Positions 54,959-64,000 of a stretch of 64,000 nucleotides of DNA are shown here, in pieces; position 1 is the first letter of the stretch; each line of letters begins with the position of its first letter. The position numbers were made by a program, and so were the translations under genes. The notes under the pieces were generated by a model, which had not been told where the DNA came from, searched no databases, and saw only the letters and a list, made by a program, of their open reading frames with translations. Origin of the DNA: an uncultured archaeon (GTDB lineage Archaea; Iainarchaeota; Iainarchaeia; Iainarchaeales; 1-14-0-10-31-34); the NCBI GenBank assembly GCA_964608675.1, contig CAZSOZ010000004.1, forward strand, positions 1 to 64,000, given 5' to 3'.

Positions 54959-55982
54959 ATTTTTTTAAAAGAATAATTAATGCAGTTAATAAAACTGCAA
55001 TAACTGCGGTTAAATTTATTTCAGGCATTTCAGTTAGGTTTCCTATTACTGCAGGCCCTAATTCTATTATTTCATAGCCGGAATTGTTTGCTTTGTTTTG
55101 TTCTGGAATCTGGTTTATAGGAATATAATATGCTTCTCCGTCATCCCAGTATGCGCTGTCTGGATCCATAGGGTCAACAAAGTATTCGGGAGAAGATTCA
55201 ACGTAGTTGCTTACTGTCAGAAATTCTATTTTATAGTTTTGTCTTTCTTCAAAATCATAATTTGCAAGATTAATGTTTAAATCGTATTCTTCGTAGCCGG
55301 GAGCAGAAAACTCTAAATAAAAAGGGGATGGCCCGTAAACTGCTTGTCCTGTTCTTGGATCGCTGATTATTATGAATGCTTTTGCTTGAATTGCTTGATT
55401 TAAATAATAATTTATTTTTGCTTGAACTCTTATTTTTCCGTTCACTGAATACCTGTTTGAGGGCTCTATTTTTGTTATCTGAAAATTCGAAACAGATAAT
55501 ACATCTGTTGTAATTGGTTTAATTGTTATTACAACTGAATCCTGCTTTATTTGTTCTGTTGAATCAGTTATTTTTAATGTAATGTTGTGGTCTCCAATAC
55601 TTAAACCTGAATATGTATGATTTTCATCTGAAGAATACCATCCTGTGTCTTTGTTTGAATCCCATTTAATAATGCAGGGAGTATTTGTGCATGTTAAATG
55701 AGACATGAATTCAATTTCTGTTCCAATATAAAACTGGTTTCCATCTGAAGGATTTAAAATTTCTGCTGAAAGTGCTTCTGCAGGGCATCCGTCACCGGAA
55801 ATATCTTCACATGCCCCCCATTTGCTTGAAACACATCTTTGTATTCCAGAACATCCTTCTGAAGTAGTGCATATTCTGATTCTTCCGTCAATACATCTGT
55901 CGTCAGGCACAAAATCAGCATTTATTAAAACAAGTAAAGAAACAAAAATAAATGCAGTCAAAAAATTTTTTTTGTTCATCAT
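54957..55982 (-). CDS. Cell-surface protein: Cys-rich domain, PKD/Ig-like domains, C-terminal anchor
   Basis: Signal peptide; C..G..R.C....GC.G.Q.C....WG.C; LSIGDHNITLKITDS; MPEIN plus TM plus KK. Confidence 0.75.
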   Translation of the reverse strand: MMNKKNFLTAFIFVSLLVLINADFVPDDRCIDGRIRICTTSEGCSGIQRCVSSKWGACEDISGDGCPAEALSAEILNPSDGNQFYIGTEIEFMSHLTCTNTPCIIKWDSNKDTGWYSSDENHTYSGLSIGDHNITLKITDSTEQIKQDSVVITIKPITTDVLSVSNFQITKIEPSNRYSVNGKIRVQAKINYYLNQAIQAKAFIIISDPRTGQAVYGPSPFYLEFSAPGYEEYDLNINLANYDFEERQNYKIEFLTVSNYVESSPEYFVDPMDPDSAYWDDGEAYYIPINQIPEQNKANNSGYEIIELGPAVIGNLTEMPEINLTAVIAVLLTALIILLKK

Positions 55983-56068
55983 TAGTATTATTGTGTTTCT
56001 GATATTTATTTGTTGTTTAAATAAGAATGCTTTAAATTGTTTTTTGTTCTTTTTTTTAGTTGATTGTT

Positions 56069-56251
56069 ATGGGTTTAACTGATATTTTTAAGAAAAAAGA
56101 AAAAGAAGAAGAAAAACCTGTTCCTGAAGGAAAATATCATGAAGTGTGTGCTTTGTGTGGTGGAACAGGAACAGAAAAAAAGTGGGCAGGACAGTACTGG
56201 CATAAAAAATGCATGAGAAAAGCAAGAAAAGGAGCTAAAGGAATGATGTAA
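56069..56251 (+). CDS. Small zinc-finger protein
   Basis: CALC...WHKKC. Confidence 0.7.
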   Translation: MGLTDIFKKKEKEEEKPVPEGKYHEVCALCGGTGTEKKWAGQYWHKKCMRKARKGAKGMM

Positions 56252-56252
56252 G

Positions 56253-57299
56253 TCATTCAAAAAAAGGTTTTTCTAATTTCATTTTTTGGCCTTTGATTGT
56301 TTTTCCTAAAATAACTGCATTCAATTCAAATTGTTTTTTTAGTTCGCTGACTATTTTTTCTGAATCTTTTTGTGAAACAACTAAAACCATTCCAATTCCC
56401 ATGTTAAAGGTTTTGAACATTTCTTGTTCTGAAATGTTTCCGTTTTCTTTCAGCCATTTAAAAATAAATGGTACTTGAATTTTGTTTTGATTTATTTTGG
56501 CTGTAATTCCTGTAGGAAAAATTCTTGGAAGGTTGTCTATTAAGCCTCCTCCTGTAATATGTGCTATTCCTTTTAATTCAAATTTTTTCATTAAAAATAA
56601 AACTTCTTTTAAATAGCTTTTATGGACTTTTAATAGTTCTCCTCCGATAGTTAAATCTTGTTTTTCTACTACAAATTGTTCTTTTAGGCTTATTTTTGTT
56701 TTTTCAAGAACTTTTCTTGCAAGAGAATAACCGTTTGTATGGAGTCCTGTGGATGGAAGTCCTATTAATGCATTGTTTTCTTTTATTTTTTTTCCTGTAA
56801 TTAATTCTTTTTTTTCTGTTATTCCTATTATTGTTCCTGCTATATCAATTTCTTTTTCGGCGTAAGTTCCGGGCATTTCTGCTGTTTCTCCTGCAATTAA
56901 TGCAATTGAATTTTCTTTGCATGCTTCTGCCATTCCTTTAACTATTTCTTCTATTATTTTTGGTTCAATTTTGTCTGAGGCAATATAATCAAGAAATGCA
57001 ATTGGTTTTCCTCCGTGGCATAATATGTCGTTAACAGAATGGTTAACTAAATCTTTTCCGATTGAATCCCATTTTTTCATTTGTTTTGCAATAATTGTTT
57101 TTGTTCCTATTCCGTCAATGCTTGATAAAAGTATTGGTTCCTTGAATTTTTTTATTTCTTTTAAGTTTATTGCTCCGCAGAATAAACCTGAATCAAGCAA
57201 AACGTTTTCATTAAAAGTTGATTTAACGTGTTTTTTTATTCTTTGAACTGCTTCGTTTCCTTTTTCTATGTTTACTCCTGCTTCAGAATAAGAAACCAT
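56253..57299 (-). CDS. purM: Phosphoribosylformylglycinamidine cyclo-ligase
   Basis: YSEAGVNI, DGIGTK, GETAEMP, STGLHTNGYSL, HITGGG and TFNMGIG. Confidence 0.95.
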   Translation of the reverse strand: MVSYSEAGVNIEKGNEAVQRIKKHVKSTFNENVLLDSGLFCGAINLKEIKKFKEPILLSSIDGIGTKTIIAKQMKKWDSIGKDLVNHSVNDILCHGGKPIAFLDYIASDKIEPKIIEEIVKGMAEACKENSIALIAGETAEMPGTYAEKEIDIAGTIIGITEKKELITGKKIKENNALIGLPSTGLHTNGYSLARKVLEKTKISLKEQFVVEKQDLTIGGELLKVHKSYLKEVLFLMKKFELKGIAHITGGGLIDNLPRIFPTGITAKINQNKIQVPFIFKWLKENGNISEQEMFKTFNMGIGMVLVVSQKDSEKIVSELKKQFELNAVILGKTIKGQKMKLEKPFFE

Positions 57300-57309
57300 T
57301 TTTTTTTCC

Positions 57310-57981
57310 TCACAAAATTTTTGTCCCTGTTTTTGTTCCTGCAATTACAGTGCAGTCTCTTGTAAACAATCCGTTTTCTTTTATGCCTTTTATTAAATTA
57401 AGGTTTTTTTCGAGTTCTTTTGCATTTGTTATTGGAGAATGCATTTGCATGGAAATAACGTAATTGTTGTTTTCTGTTTCAACTGGCATGCATTTGTTTG
57501 AAACCTGAACTATTTCTGCATCAAATTTTTTGTTTAATTTAGTTAGAATTTCAATTGTTTCTGCAGGCTCTACTTCAAGGAGTATTTCTTCTGTTAATTC
57601 TTTGTTTAATTTGCTTTCATCTATTATTACTATAAATTTTTTTGCTTTGTAATCTATTTGTTTTTCTTTCAGGAAAGCATATCCTCCCATTCCTTTAAGC
57701 AGTTCTTTTTTTTGGTTTACTTGGTCTGCTCCGTCTACTGCTATATCAATTTTTTGAATGGAATTTTGGCTTACAACTTTTAAATCTGAGTCTATTGCAA
57801 GTCGCATTGTTTTGTTTGAAGTAGCAATACAAATTAAATCTAGTTTTTCTTTTTTGTTTTTTTCTGCTAGTTTTTTTACGAATATTTCTGCAGTTGAACC
57901 GCTTCCTAGTCCAACTGTCATTCCTTTTTTTATGTATTTTAATGCTTCTTTTGCCGCGTTTTCTTTTTGTTTTTCATTCAT
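57310..57981 (-). CDS. rpiA: Ribose-5-phosphate isomerase A
   Basis: GLGSGST, DGADQ, KGMGG and KEK. Confidence 0.93.
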   Translation of the reverse strand: MNEKQKENAAKEALKYIKKGMTVGLGSGSTAEIFVKKLAEKNKKEKLDLICIATSNKTMRLAIDSDLKVVSQNSIQKIDIAVDGADQVNQKKELLKGMGGYAFLKEKQIDYKAKKFIVIIDESKLNKELTEEILLEVEPAETIEILTKLNKKFDAEIVQVSNKCMPVETENNNYVISMQMHSPITNAKELEKNLNLIKGIKENGLFTRDCTVIAGTKTGTKIL

Positions 57982-58018
57982 TTTTTTCTCACAAAACATT
58001 AATTGAAAAGAAAAGATT

Positions 58019-58930
58019 TTAATTTGGTTTGAATGCCATCAATCCTGCTCCAATTATTCCTGCTTTTTCTTTGAATTTTGCTTTAATTATTTTTGTATTT
58101 GAAGCTCTTTTGAATGCTCTTTTTTTTACTTCTTTTTTTGCCTGCTGAATTAAAATATTTGAATTGCTTAGTCCTCCGCCTAAAACAATTGCTTCAGGGT
58201 TAAAACAGTTTATTATGTTGGTTAAGCCTATTCCAAGAAATGTTCCTGTTTCTTTTAAAATGGAAATAGCTATTTTGTCTCCTTTTTTTGCTGCTTCATC
58301 TACTTTTTTTGGAGTCAACGGCCACATTTTTTTTAGTTTTGATTCAAATAATTCTGTTTTTATTTCAGTTAACTGCATTAAAGGTTTTATTCCAATGTAT
58401 TGTTCTAGGCATCCATTGTTTCCGCAGGAACATTTTGGGCCGTTAAAATTTATTGTCATGTGGCCTATTTCTGTTAAATTGTTTTTTCCTGAATAAATTT
58501 TTTTGTTTATTATTATTCCTGAACCCACGCCGGTTCCTGCAGTTAACCCTATTATTATATTGAATTTTTTTGCGTTTCCAATTAATGCTTCAGCGTAAGC
58601 CATTAGAACTGCATCATTCTGCAGAAAAATTTTTTTTCTTGTTTTATTTTTTAATGCTTTAATTAAATTGGTTTTGTTCATGCAGGCAATGTTAGGGCTC
58701 TGTATTATAATTCCTTTTTTTGGGTCAACGTCTCCTGCAAACCCTATTCCTATTGCTTTTATTTCTTTTGAATCAAGTTTTTTGATTACTTTAATCAGGT
58801 TTTCAATTAATTTTTTTTTGCCGTAATGAGAGTTTGTTTCAATAGTAATTTGCTTTAAGATTTTTCCTTTTTTTGTGATTATTCCTGCTTTAATTTCTGT
58901 TCCTCCTATGTCTATTCCTATTGTTTTCAT
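58019..58930 (-). CDS. ROK-family sugar kinase (glucokinase)
   Basis: GIDIGGT, NDA, GTGVGSG and EIGH..CSCGNNGCLE. Confidence 0.92.
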   Translation of the reverse strand: MKTIGIDIGGTEIKAGIITKKGKILKQITIETNSHYGKKKLIENLIKVIKKLDSKEIKAIGIGFAGDVDPKKGIIIQSPNIACMNKTNLIKALKNKTRKKIFLQNDAVLMAYAEALIGNAKKFNIIIGLTAGTGVGSGIIINKKIYSGKNNLTEIGHMTINFNGPKCSCGNNGCLEQYIGIKPLMQLTEIKTELFESKLKKMWPLTPKKVDEAAKKGDKIAISILKETGTFLGIGLTNIINCFNPEAIVLGGGLSNSNILIQQAKKEVKKRAFKRASNTKIIKAKFKEKAGIIGAGLMAFKPN

Positions 58931-59905
58931 TTAATCACTTAAAAATTTTTTTAGTTTTGTTATCACTGGAACAGGATAAGGGTTTACTTGGTTTTTTAAT
59001 GCAAGATAATATGAAGTGAAATCTCCTAAATAAATTAAATAAAATAATTGTGTTAAAAGGCTTTTTCCTTTTGCAGTGAATTCAAGTATTGTGTTTTCTT
59101 TTGAAAAAACTTTTTTTGTGAATTCAATTCTTTTTTGTGTTTGGCTGTTTTCGTTTTTTGTTTTCAGGAAAACAAACACTCCTTTTTTATAGTTCATGTT
59201 TATTTCATTATGGTTCATTTCTGGAATAACGTTTGCATGACAGAAGTCTTTTGAGTTTTCATTTATTTGTGTCATCCATCTAAAGGAGGCAATTTCAGTT
59301 TTTTTTGTTGAATAAACAAAAACTGTTTTTTTCTGCATTTTTTCTGCTAAATCTGCTGCTTGTTTTTTTATTTTGTTTTTTTCTTTTTCTGCAAGTTCAA
59401 TGAATTCCTGTATTTCTTTTTCTTTTCCTTGAATTAAACCAAGTTTTTTTAATGCAAAAATTAAAGGCACAACAAGAAAAGCTGTTGCTGCTCTTGGAGG
59501 ATATCCTTTTGGAATTTTGATGAAGTAATTGCATTCTTTGCTGAATTTTTTTCCTGAACTTATTCCTAATATAAATGCATTTTTTTGTTTTGCTTTTCTT
59601 GTTCCTTTCAGGGTTTCTTCTGTTCCTCCTGAATAACTTACTGCAATAAACAATGTTTTGTTTGAAACAAATTCAGGGATTGCATAATCATTGTTTGTTT
59701 GAATAGGAATTTTTAATTCGTTTCTGAATAAAGTTTCAAGTATTTTTCCTGTAATTCCTGAACCTCCCATTCCTTGAACCACGATGTTTTCAAAGCTTTT
59801 TTTTTCCAAAGAAACTTTTTTTCCTATTTCTATTCCTTGTTTTATTTGTTCTGGAAATTTTTCAAGCAGTCCTAAATAATTGTTTTCGTCTATTTTTGTA
59901 TTCAT
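58931..59905 (-). CDS. Bifunctional phosphoglucose/phosphomannose isomerase
   Basis: GMGGSG, SYSGGTEET, PPRAA, QINENSK and PEMNHNEI. Confidence 0.92.
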   Translation of the reverse strand: MNTKIDENNYLGLLEKFPEQIKQGIEIGKKVSLEKKSFENIVVQGMGGSGITGKILETLFRNELKIPIQTNNDYAIPEFVSNKTLFIAVSYSGGTEETLKGTRKAKQKNAFILGISSGKKFSKECNYFIKIPKGYPPRAATAFLVVPLIFALKKLGLIQGKEKEIQEFIELAEKEKNKIKKQAADLAEKMQKKTVFVYSTKKTEIASFRWMTQINENSKDFCHANVIPEMNHNEINMNYKKGVFVFLKTKNENSQTQKRIEFTKKVFSKENTILEFTAKGKSLLTQLFYLIYLGDFTSYYLALKNQVNPYPVPVITKLKKFLSD

Positions 59906-59921
59906 TTTTTTTTCACCTTTT

Positions 59922-60740
59922 TTATTTCAGAATCTCAGGAATTAATTCAATTAAATTTGATGCAGTAAAATATTGTCCTTTTTGTTTAAAGGCTTTTTCT
60001 CCTGTAAGCCCGTTAATTAGTGCTCCTGCTGAAGCTGAATCAAATAATGAATTTTTTGTTGCTAAAGCTGAAACAATTCCTGCAAGAACGTCTCCGGTTC
60101 CTATTACTGCCATTCTTGGATTCCCTGTTTTGTTCAGAAAAGTTTTTTTTCTGTTTGAAATTATATCTGTGTTTCCTTTAAGCAGAATTGTTGTATTGAA
60201 TTGTTTGGCTTTTTTTTCAGTTAATTTTATTCTTTCCTTTAATTTCAATGAAGGTTTTAATCCGAATTTTTCTTTGAATTCCATTGCATGAGGAAGATAT
60301 AATGAATTTTCTGGTTTTCCTTTCAGCATTTTTATTGCATCTGCTTCAATTATTTTTTTGATTTTGATTTTTGGAATTAATGCATTAACGAATTCGTTTG
60401 TTTTTTGGTTTTTTGTTATTCCGTTTCCGATTAAAACTGCATCAAAGTCATTTATTTTTTTAAGTATTTTTTTTGCGTGTTTTTTTTCAAAGTAGTTTCC
60501 TTTGAATTTTTTTGTTATTATGTCTGGAGAAAAAGTGTTTATGGCTAAAGCAGCTTTTTCTGGTGCAAACACTTCAACTAAATCAACGAATTTTAATGCT
60601 GATAAAGCGCATAAAGCAGGTCCTCCGATGTATTCAATGCTTCCTCCTATTATTAGCAGTTTTCCGTTTTTTCCTTTGTAGTCATTTTTTTTTCTTTTAA
60701 ATAAAACTTTTTTCAGTATTTTTTTTGAAACAGTTTTCAT
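59922..60740 (-). CDS. nnrD: ADP-dependent NAD(P)H-hydrate dehydratase
   Basis: KGKNGKLLIIGGS..Y.G, IGNG, PHAMEF, LKG and GTGDVLAG. Confidence 0.88.
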   Translation of the reverse strand: MKTVSKKILKKVLFKRKKNDYKGKNGKLLIIGGSIEYIGGPALCALSALKFVDLVEVFAPEKAALAINTFSPDIITKKFKGNYFEKKHAKKILKKINDFDAVLIGNGITKNQKTNEFVNALIPKIKIKKIIEADAIKMLKGKPENSLYLPHAMEFKEKFGLKPSLKLKERIKLTEKKAKQFNTTILLKGNTDIISNRKKTFLNKTGNPRMAVIGTGDVLAGIVSALATKNSLFDSASAGALINGLTGEKAFKQKGQYFTASNLIELIPEILK

Positions 60741-62623
60741 TCTATTCCCTTTTTTTTGAGTTCTTCTTTTAAGATTTTGCTTGCTTGTTTTCCTGAGGCT
60801 TTTCCTTTGATTTGAATCATTGCGTTTCCCATTAAAGCAGAAAACACGTTTGCTCCTTCTGTTTTTATTATTGCAGAATTTTTTTCAATTATTTCTTTAA
60901 TTAAATTTCTTAGTTTTTTTTCTGAGAATTGTTCTTCCTGTAGTTCTTTTATTATTGCATTAACAGGTTTTTCTGGTTCTTTGCTCCATAAAGACAGTGC
61001 TTTTAATTGGTTTTCCTGCAGTAGTTTTTCCTCCCTTGTTTTTTCTAGTATTTCTTCAATCATTTCTTCTGAAATGTTTTCTGTGTGAATTCCCTGTCTT
61101 TTTAATGTAGTGAGGCTTTCTAAAAGCAGTACTGCTGTTTTGGTTGGATTGAATCCTTTTTTTGTGAGTTTTTCAAAGAATTTTGCGTGATTGTTTAATT
61201 TCATTTTTTCTGCTAATTGTTCTGAGATTTTGTATTTGTTGATGTATTTTATTTTTCTTTGTTCTGGTGTAAGAGGAAGATTTTCTTTTATTTTTTCAAG
61301 TGTTTTTTTGTTTATTTTTTTGATCGGAACATCTGTTTCAGGATACATTCTGGCTTTTCCTCCTAATGGTCTGGAGTATTCTGTTGTTCCGTCAGGCAGA
61401 GCATTTCTTGTTTCTTCGGGGATTTCGTTTAATGCTGTAATGCTTCTTTGAATTACAGTTTTTAGTGCTTGTTCTGCTTTTATTTTTTCTGCTGAAACCA
61501 AAACAAATCCGTCTTGTTCTGAGCAATTTAATTTTTGTTTGGTTTTTTCTGTTTCTTTTTCTGAAATGCCGTATTTTGGCAGTTCATCTGAATGAAAGAT
61601 TCCTTTTAATCCGGTTTTTGCTTTAACGTATTTTGCGAGTTCTGTTCCGAATCTTTTTTCTTTTTGAAGTTCTTTCCCTATTAATTTTTTGAATTTTGGA
61701 AGAAGTATTCCGAACACTTTTTTTCCTTTAATCATTTTGCATTCTGTTTCAGAAAAAATTTCAGTTAATTCAATTGTTTCTTGTTTTTCGAGTTCTTCTT
61801 TTGTCAGGTTTCTTTTTGCTAGTTCTGTTTTTAATTCAAGGAGATTAACTTGTCTTTCTGTTTCTTTTTCTATGAATTTGTCTATCATTTCAAGTTCTTG
61901 GACTCCTTTTATTTCAATTCTTGCTCCTTTTTCAATTGAAATATTTATGTCCTGCCTTATGCTTCCTAATCCTCTTTTTGTTTTGCAGGTTCTTCTGAAT
62001 AATTCTCCTATTTTTAATGCAGTTTCTTTTGCTTCTTTTGGGGAATAAATTTCGGGTTCTGTTGCTAATTCAATTAAAGGAATTCCAAGCCTGTCTAATG
62101 AATAAATTATTTGGTTGTTTTTTTCGTCTATTTTTTTTGCTGAATCTTCTTCTAATGCTATTGTTTGAATGTTTATTTCTTTTTCTTTTAATTTAATTTT
62201 TCCTTTTAATGCTATCATGGCTGTTCTTTGAAAGCCTGATGTATTGCTTCCGTCAATTACTGTTTTTCTCATTATATGAATTGAATCAACTATGTTTGAT
62301 TCTGCCATTAAAGCTATTTCAAGAACAGTGTTTAATGCTTGTTCGTCTATTTTTTTTGGGGGTTCTTCGTCTAATTCAATTAAACAACAGGAATCATCAA
62401 AATATTTGTATACATAATTCTGTTTTTTGTTGAATGCCTCTAAAGCTGCTTTATCAAATTCTCCTAACTCTGATGCCACCGGCCTTAATTTTCTTTTAAT
62501 TTCTAAATCTGCTTTTTTTTCCATTATTTTTGATGGACAACGGCAGAACAATTTTCCGGTATTAAGCTGTTGGTGTACTTCTAGTCCGGCTTTTAATCCG
62601 AGTTCTTTGTAATTTAATTCCAT
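60737..62623 (-). CDS. gatE: Glu-tRNA(Gln) amidotransferase subunit E
   Basis: GLEVHQQL, DEEPP, MRKTVIDGSNTSGFQRT, LDRLGIPLIE, RQDINISI and RMYPETD. Confidence 0.96.
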   Translation of the reverse strand: MELNYKELGLKAGLEVHQQLNTGKLFCRCPSKIMEKKADLEIKRKLRPVASELGEFDKAALEAFNKKQNYVYKYFDDSCCLIELDEEPPKKIDEQALNTVLEIALMAESNIVDSIHIMRKTVIDGSNTSGFQRTAMIALKGKIKLKEKEINIQTIALEEDSAKKIDEKNNQIIYSLDRLGIPLIELATEPEIYSPKEAKETALKIGELFRRTCKTKRGLGSIRQDINISIEKGARIEIKGVQELEMIDKFIEKETERQVNLLELKTELAKRNLTKEELEKQETIELTEIFSETECKMIKGKKVFGILLPKFKKLIGKELQKEKRFGTELAKYVKAKTGLKGIFHSDELPKYGISEKETEKTKQKLNCSEQDGFVLVSAEKIKAEQALKTVIQRSITALNEIPEETRNALPDGTTEYSRPLGGKARMYPETDVPIKKINKKTLEKIKENLPLTPEQRKIKYINKYKISEQLAEKMKLNNHAKFFEKLTKKGFNPTKTAVLLLESLTTLKRQGIHTENISEEMIEEILEKTREEKLLQENQLKALSLWSKEPEKPVNAIIKELQEEQFSEKKLRNLIKEIIEKNSAIIKTEGANVFSALMGNAMIQIKGKASGKQASKILKEELKKKGIE

Positions 62624-62682
62624 TTAATTACCTTTTTTATAAATAAATGAGATAACTTAATTTAAAAGTTATTTAATTAGTT

Positions 62683-63738
62683 TTATTTTTGCAGGTAAAC
62701 TGTGTGGGTTGGAAAAGGAATTGAAATTTTTGCTTTGTTTAGTTCATTGTAGATTTCTTTTGTTAATTCTCTTTCTGTTGACCATACTTCAGTGTAATTG
62801 TCGCACCAGAATTTTGCAGTGAAATTTAAAGAAAAGTCTCCCATTGAAAGCATTTCAACTGCAGGTTCTCTTCCTTGTTTTTTTGAAACCATTGGATGAT
62901 TTTTTATTAAATTAATTATGGTTTTCTGGACTTTTTCTGGTTTGGTTCCATAGCTTACTCCAAATTTTATTTCTCCTCTGCCGAATGAATTTGGTTGAGC
63001 ATAATTTATTATTTTGCTGTTGGCCATAGTAGAGTTTGGAACAATTATTACTTCGTTTGAATAAGTTCTTACTCTTGTGCTTCTTAATCCAACTTCTTCT
63101 ATTATTCCTATTTCTCCTGAATCAAGCTTTATTTTGTCTCCTAATTTAATTGATTTGTCTAAAAGAAGGGCTATTCCTCCGAATAAATTTGAAACAGTTT
63201 CTTGTGCAGCAAAAGCTAATGCAAGTCCTCCTATTCCTACTCCTGCCAGCAATGCTGTAACATCAAATCCAACTGAATCCAATAACATGATTGTTCCTAG
63301 AATTATTATTACTGCTTTGCTTCCTTTTGAGAATAAGGGAACCATTTGGTCGTCAAAAGAACTTTTTGTTTTTTTGGTTAAAGGAATCAAAATTTTGTCT
63401 CTGAACGCATCAACAAATCGTATTGCAGTCCAGCCTAAAACAATTATTACTGCTGATTTAAATACTGTTGAAAACAATCCGTTTTGTATTCCAAGATAGT
63501 TGGCTGAAATAAATGCTCCAATCAAAAAAATCACTGCAGCAATTGGTTCTTCTATTATGTCAATTAACACGTCATCCAAATCTGTTTTTGTTTTTGCTGT
63601 AATTTTTCTTCCTATAGTTTTAAAGAAATAGTATGCAATTTTTCCTAAAGCGTATGCTCCAATTAAAATTGTTAATGCAATCAGAATGTCCTGCAATGAA
63701 TGCCCTAAAAAAGTCTGTTGAAGTATTTCCAGAACCAT
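62683..63738 (-). CDS. Small-conductance mechanosensitive channel (MscS family)
   Basis: GIGGLALAFAAQETVSNLFGG, GLRSTRVRT, IVPNS and IPFPT. Confidence 0.93.
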   Translation of the reverse strand: MVLEILQQTFLGHSLQDILIALTILIGAYALGKIAYYFFKTIGRKITAKTKTDLDDVLIDIIEEPIAAVIFLIGAFISANYLGIQNGLFSTVFKSAVIIVLGWTAIRFVDAFRDKILIPLTKKTKSSFDDQMVPLFSKGSKAVIIILGTIMLLDSVGFDVTALLAGVGIGGLALAFAAQETVSNLFGGIALLLDKSIKLGDKIKLDSGEIGIIEEVGLRSTRVRTYSNEVIIVPNSTMANSKIINYAQPNSFGRGEIKFGVSYGTKPEKVQKTIINLIKNHPMVSKKQGREPAVEMLSMGDFSLNFTAKFWCDNYTEVWSTERELTKEIYNELNKAKISIPFPTHTVYLQK

Positions 63739-63862
63739 TAATTCACCGAAATAATATTCTTTGAATGATTAATCATTTAAATCTTGCTTTTTGAATAAAA
63801 AGAATTTTATATGAGTATTTTCTTATTTTTAGTTAACAAATTTTTTTTTGGAGGAACTTTAA

Positions 63863-64000
63863 ATGAAGAAAATAATATTTTTGTTAATTATTCTTTTTTT
63901 GACTGTGTCTTTTGTTGGATGCACTGAAGAAAAAAAAGATAAAACAAATGAAGATAAAAATGAAGATAAAAAAGAAAATGAAAATGTGAGCATTGAATTA
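63863..64000 (+). CDS. Putative lipoprotein, truncated by window edge
   Basis: GGAGG RBS; MKKIIFLLIILFLTVSFVGC lipobox followed by a low-complexity charged linker. Confidence 0.7.
   Translation, partial: MKKIIFLLIILFLTVSFVGCTEEKKDKTNEDKNEDKKENENVSIEL

Noticed and set aside
699-63499. Numerous 60-150 aa Phe/Leu/Ile-rich ORFs opposite real genes
   Set aside because: Antisense shadows of Lys/Glu-rich coding strands in an AT-rich genome
63946-63972. AAATGAAGATAA tandem repeat
   Set aside because: Short coding duplication (NEDK x2) in a low-complexity lipoprotein linker

Overview
AT-rich archaeal chromosome segment. Fibrillarin, Nop5, NMD3, GatE, archaeal-type GlyRS, tRNA-Gln with an A1-U72 pair and BRE/TATA promoters mark it as archaeal. 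The gene mix suggests a DPANN archaeon, possibly Iainarchaeota/Diapherotrites-like (inference only). Most genes are housekeeping or metabolic, and many are bacterial-type (ispG, ispE, aspS, class I FBPase, class II aldolase). There are four tRNAs: Arg-CCT with a 115-nt intron, Thr-CGT, Ile-GAT and Gln-TTG. The most striking items: (1) a fully bounded 4268-bp cargo transposon (48813-53080) with a 9-bp target duplication, terminal inverted repeats and subterminal 11-bp boxes. It encodes a SWIM-zinc-finger DDE transposase, a small Zn-ribbon protein with a candidate operator, and a type II restriction-modification module. The transposase has a single in-frame stop, the endonuclease has a frameshift and a probable catalytic E-to-G change, and the methyltransferase is intact. 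(2) The bacterial MEP isoprenoid genes ispG and ispE side by side in an archaeon. (3) A long tRNA-Arg intron that contains a mini-hairpin repeat and resembles an intermediate toward a split tRNA. (4) A 63-bp GC-rich insert flanked by a 27-bp duplication. (5) A candidate anti-Shine-Dalgarno sRNA. (6) A shared PExN C-terminal sorting signal on two surface proteins. (7) A toxin-antitoxin islet inserted in yjbQ. All family assignments come from motif recognition by eye; no database search was run.
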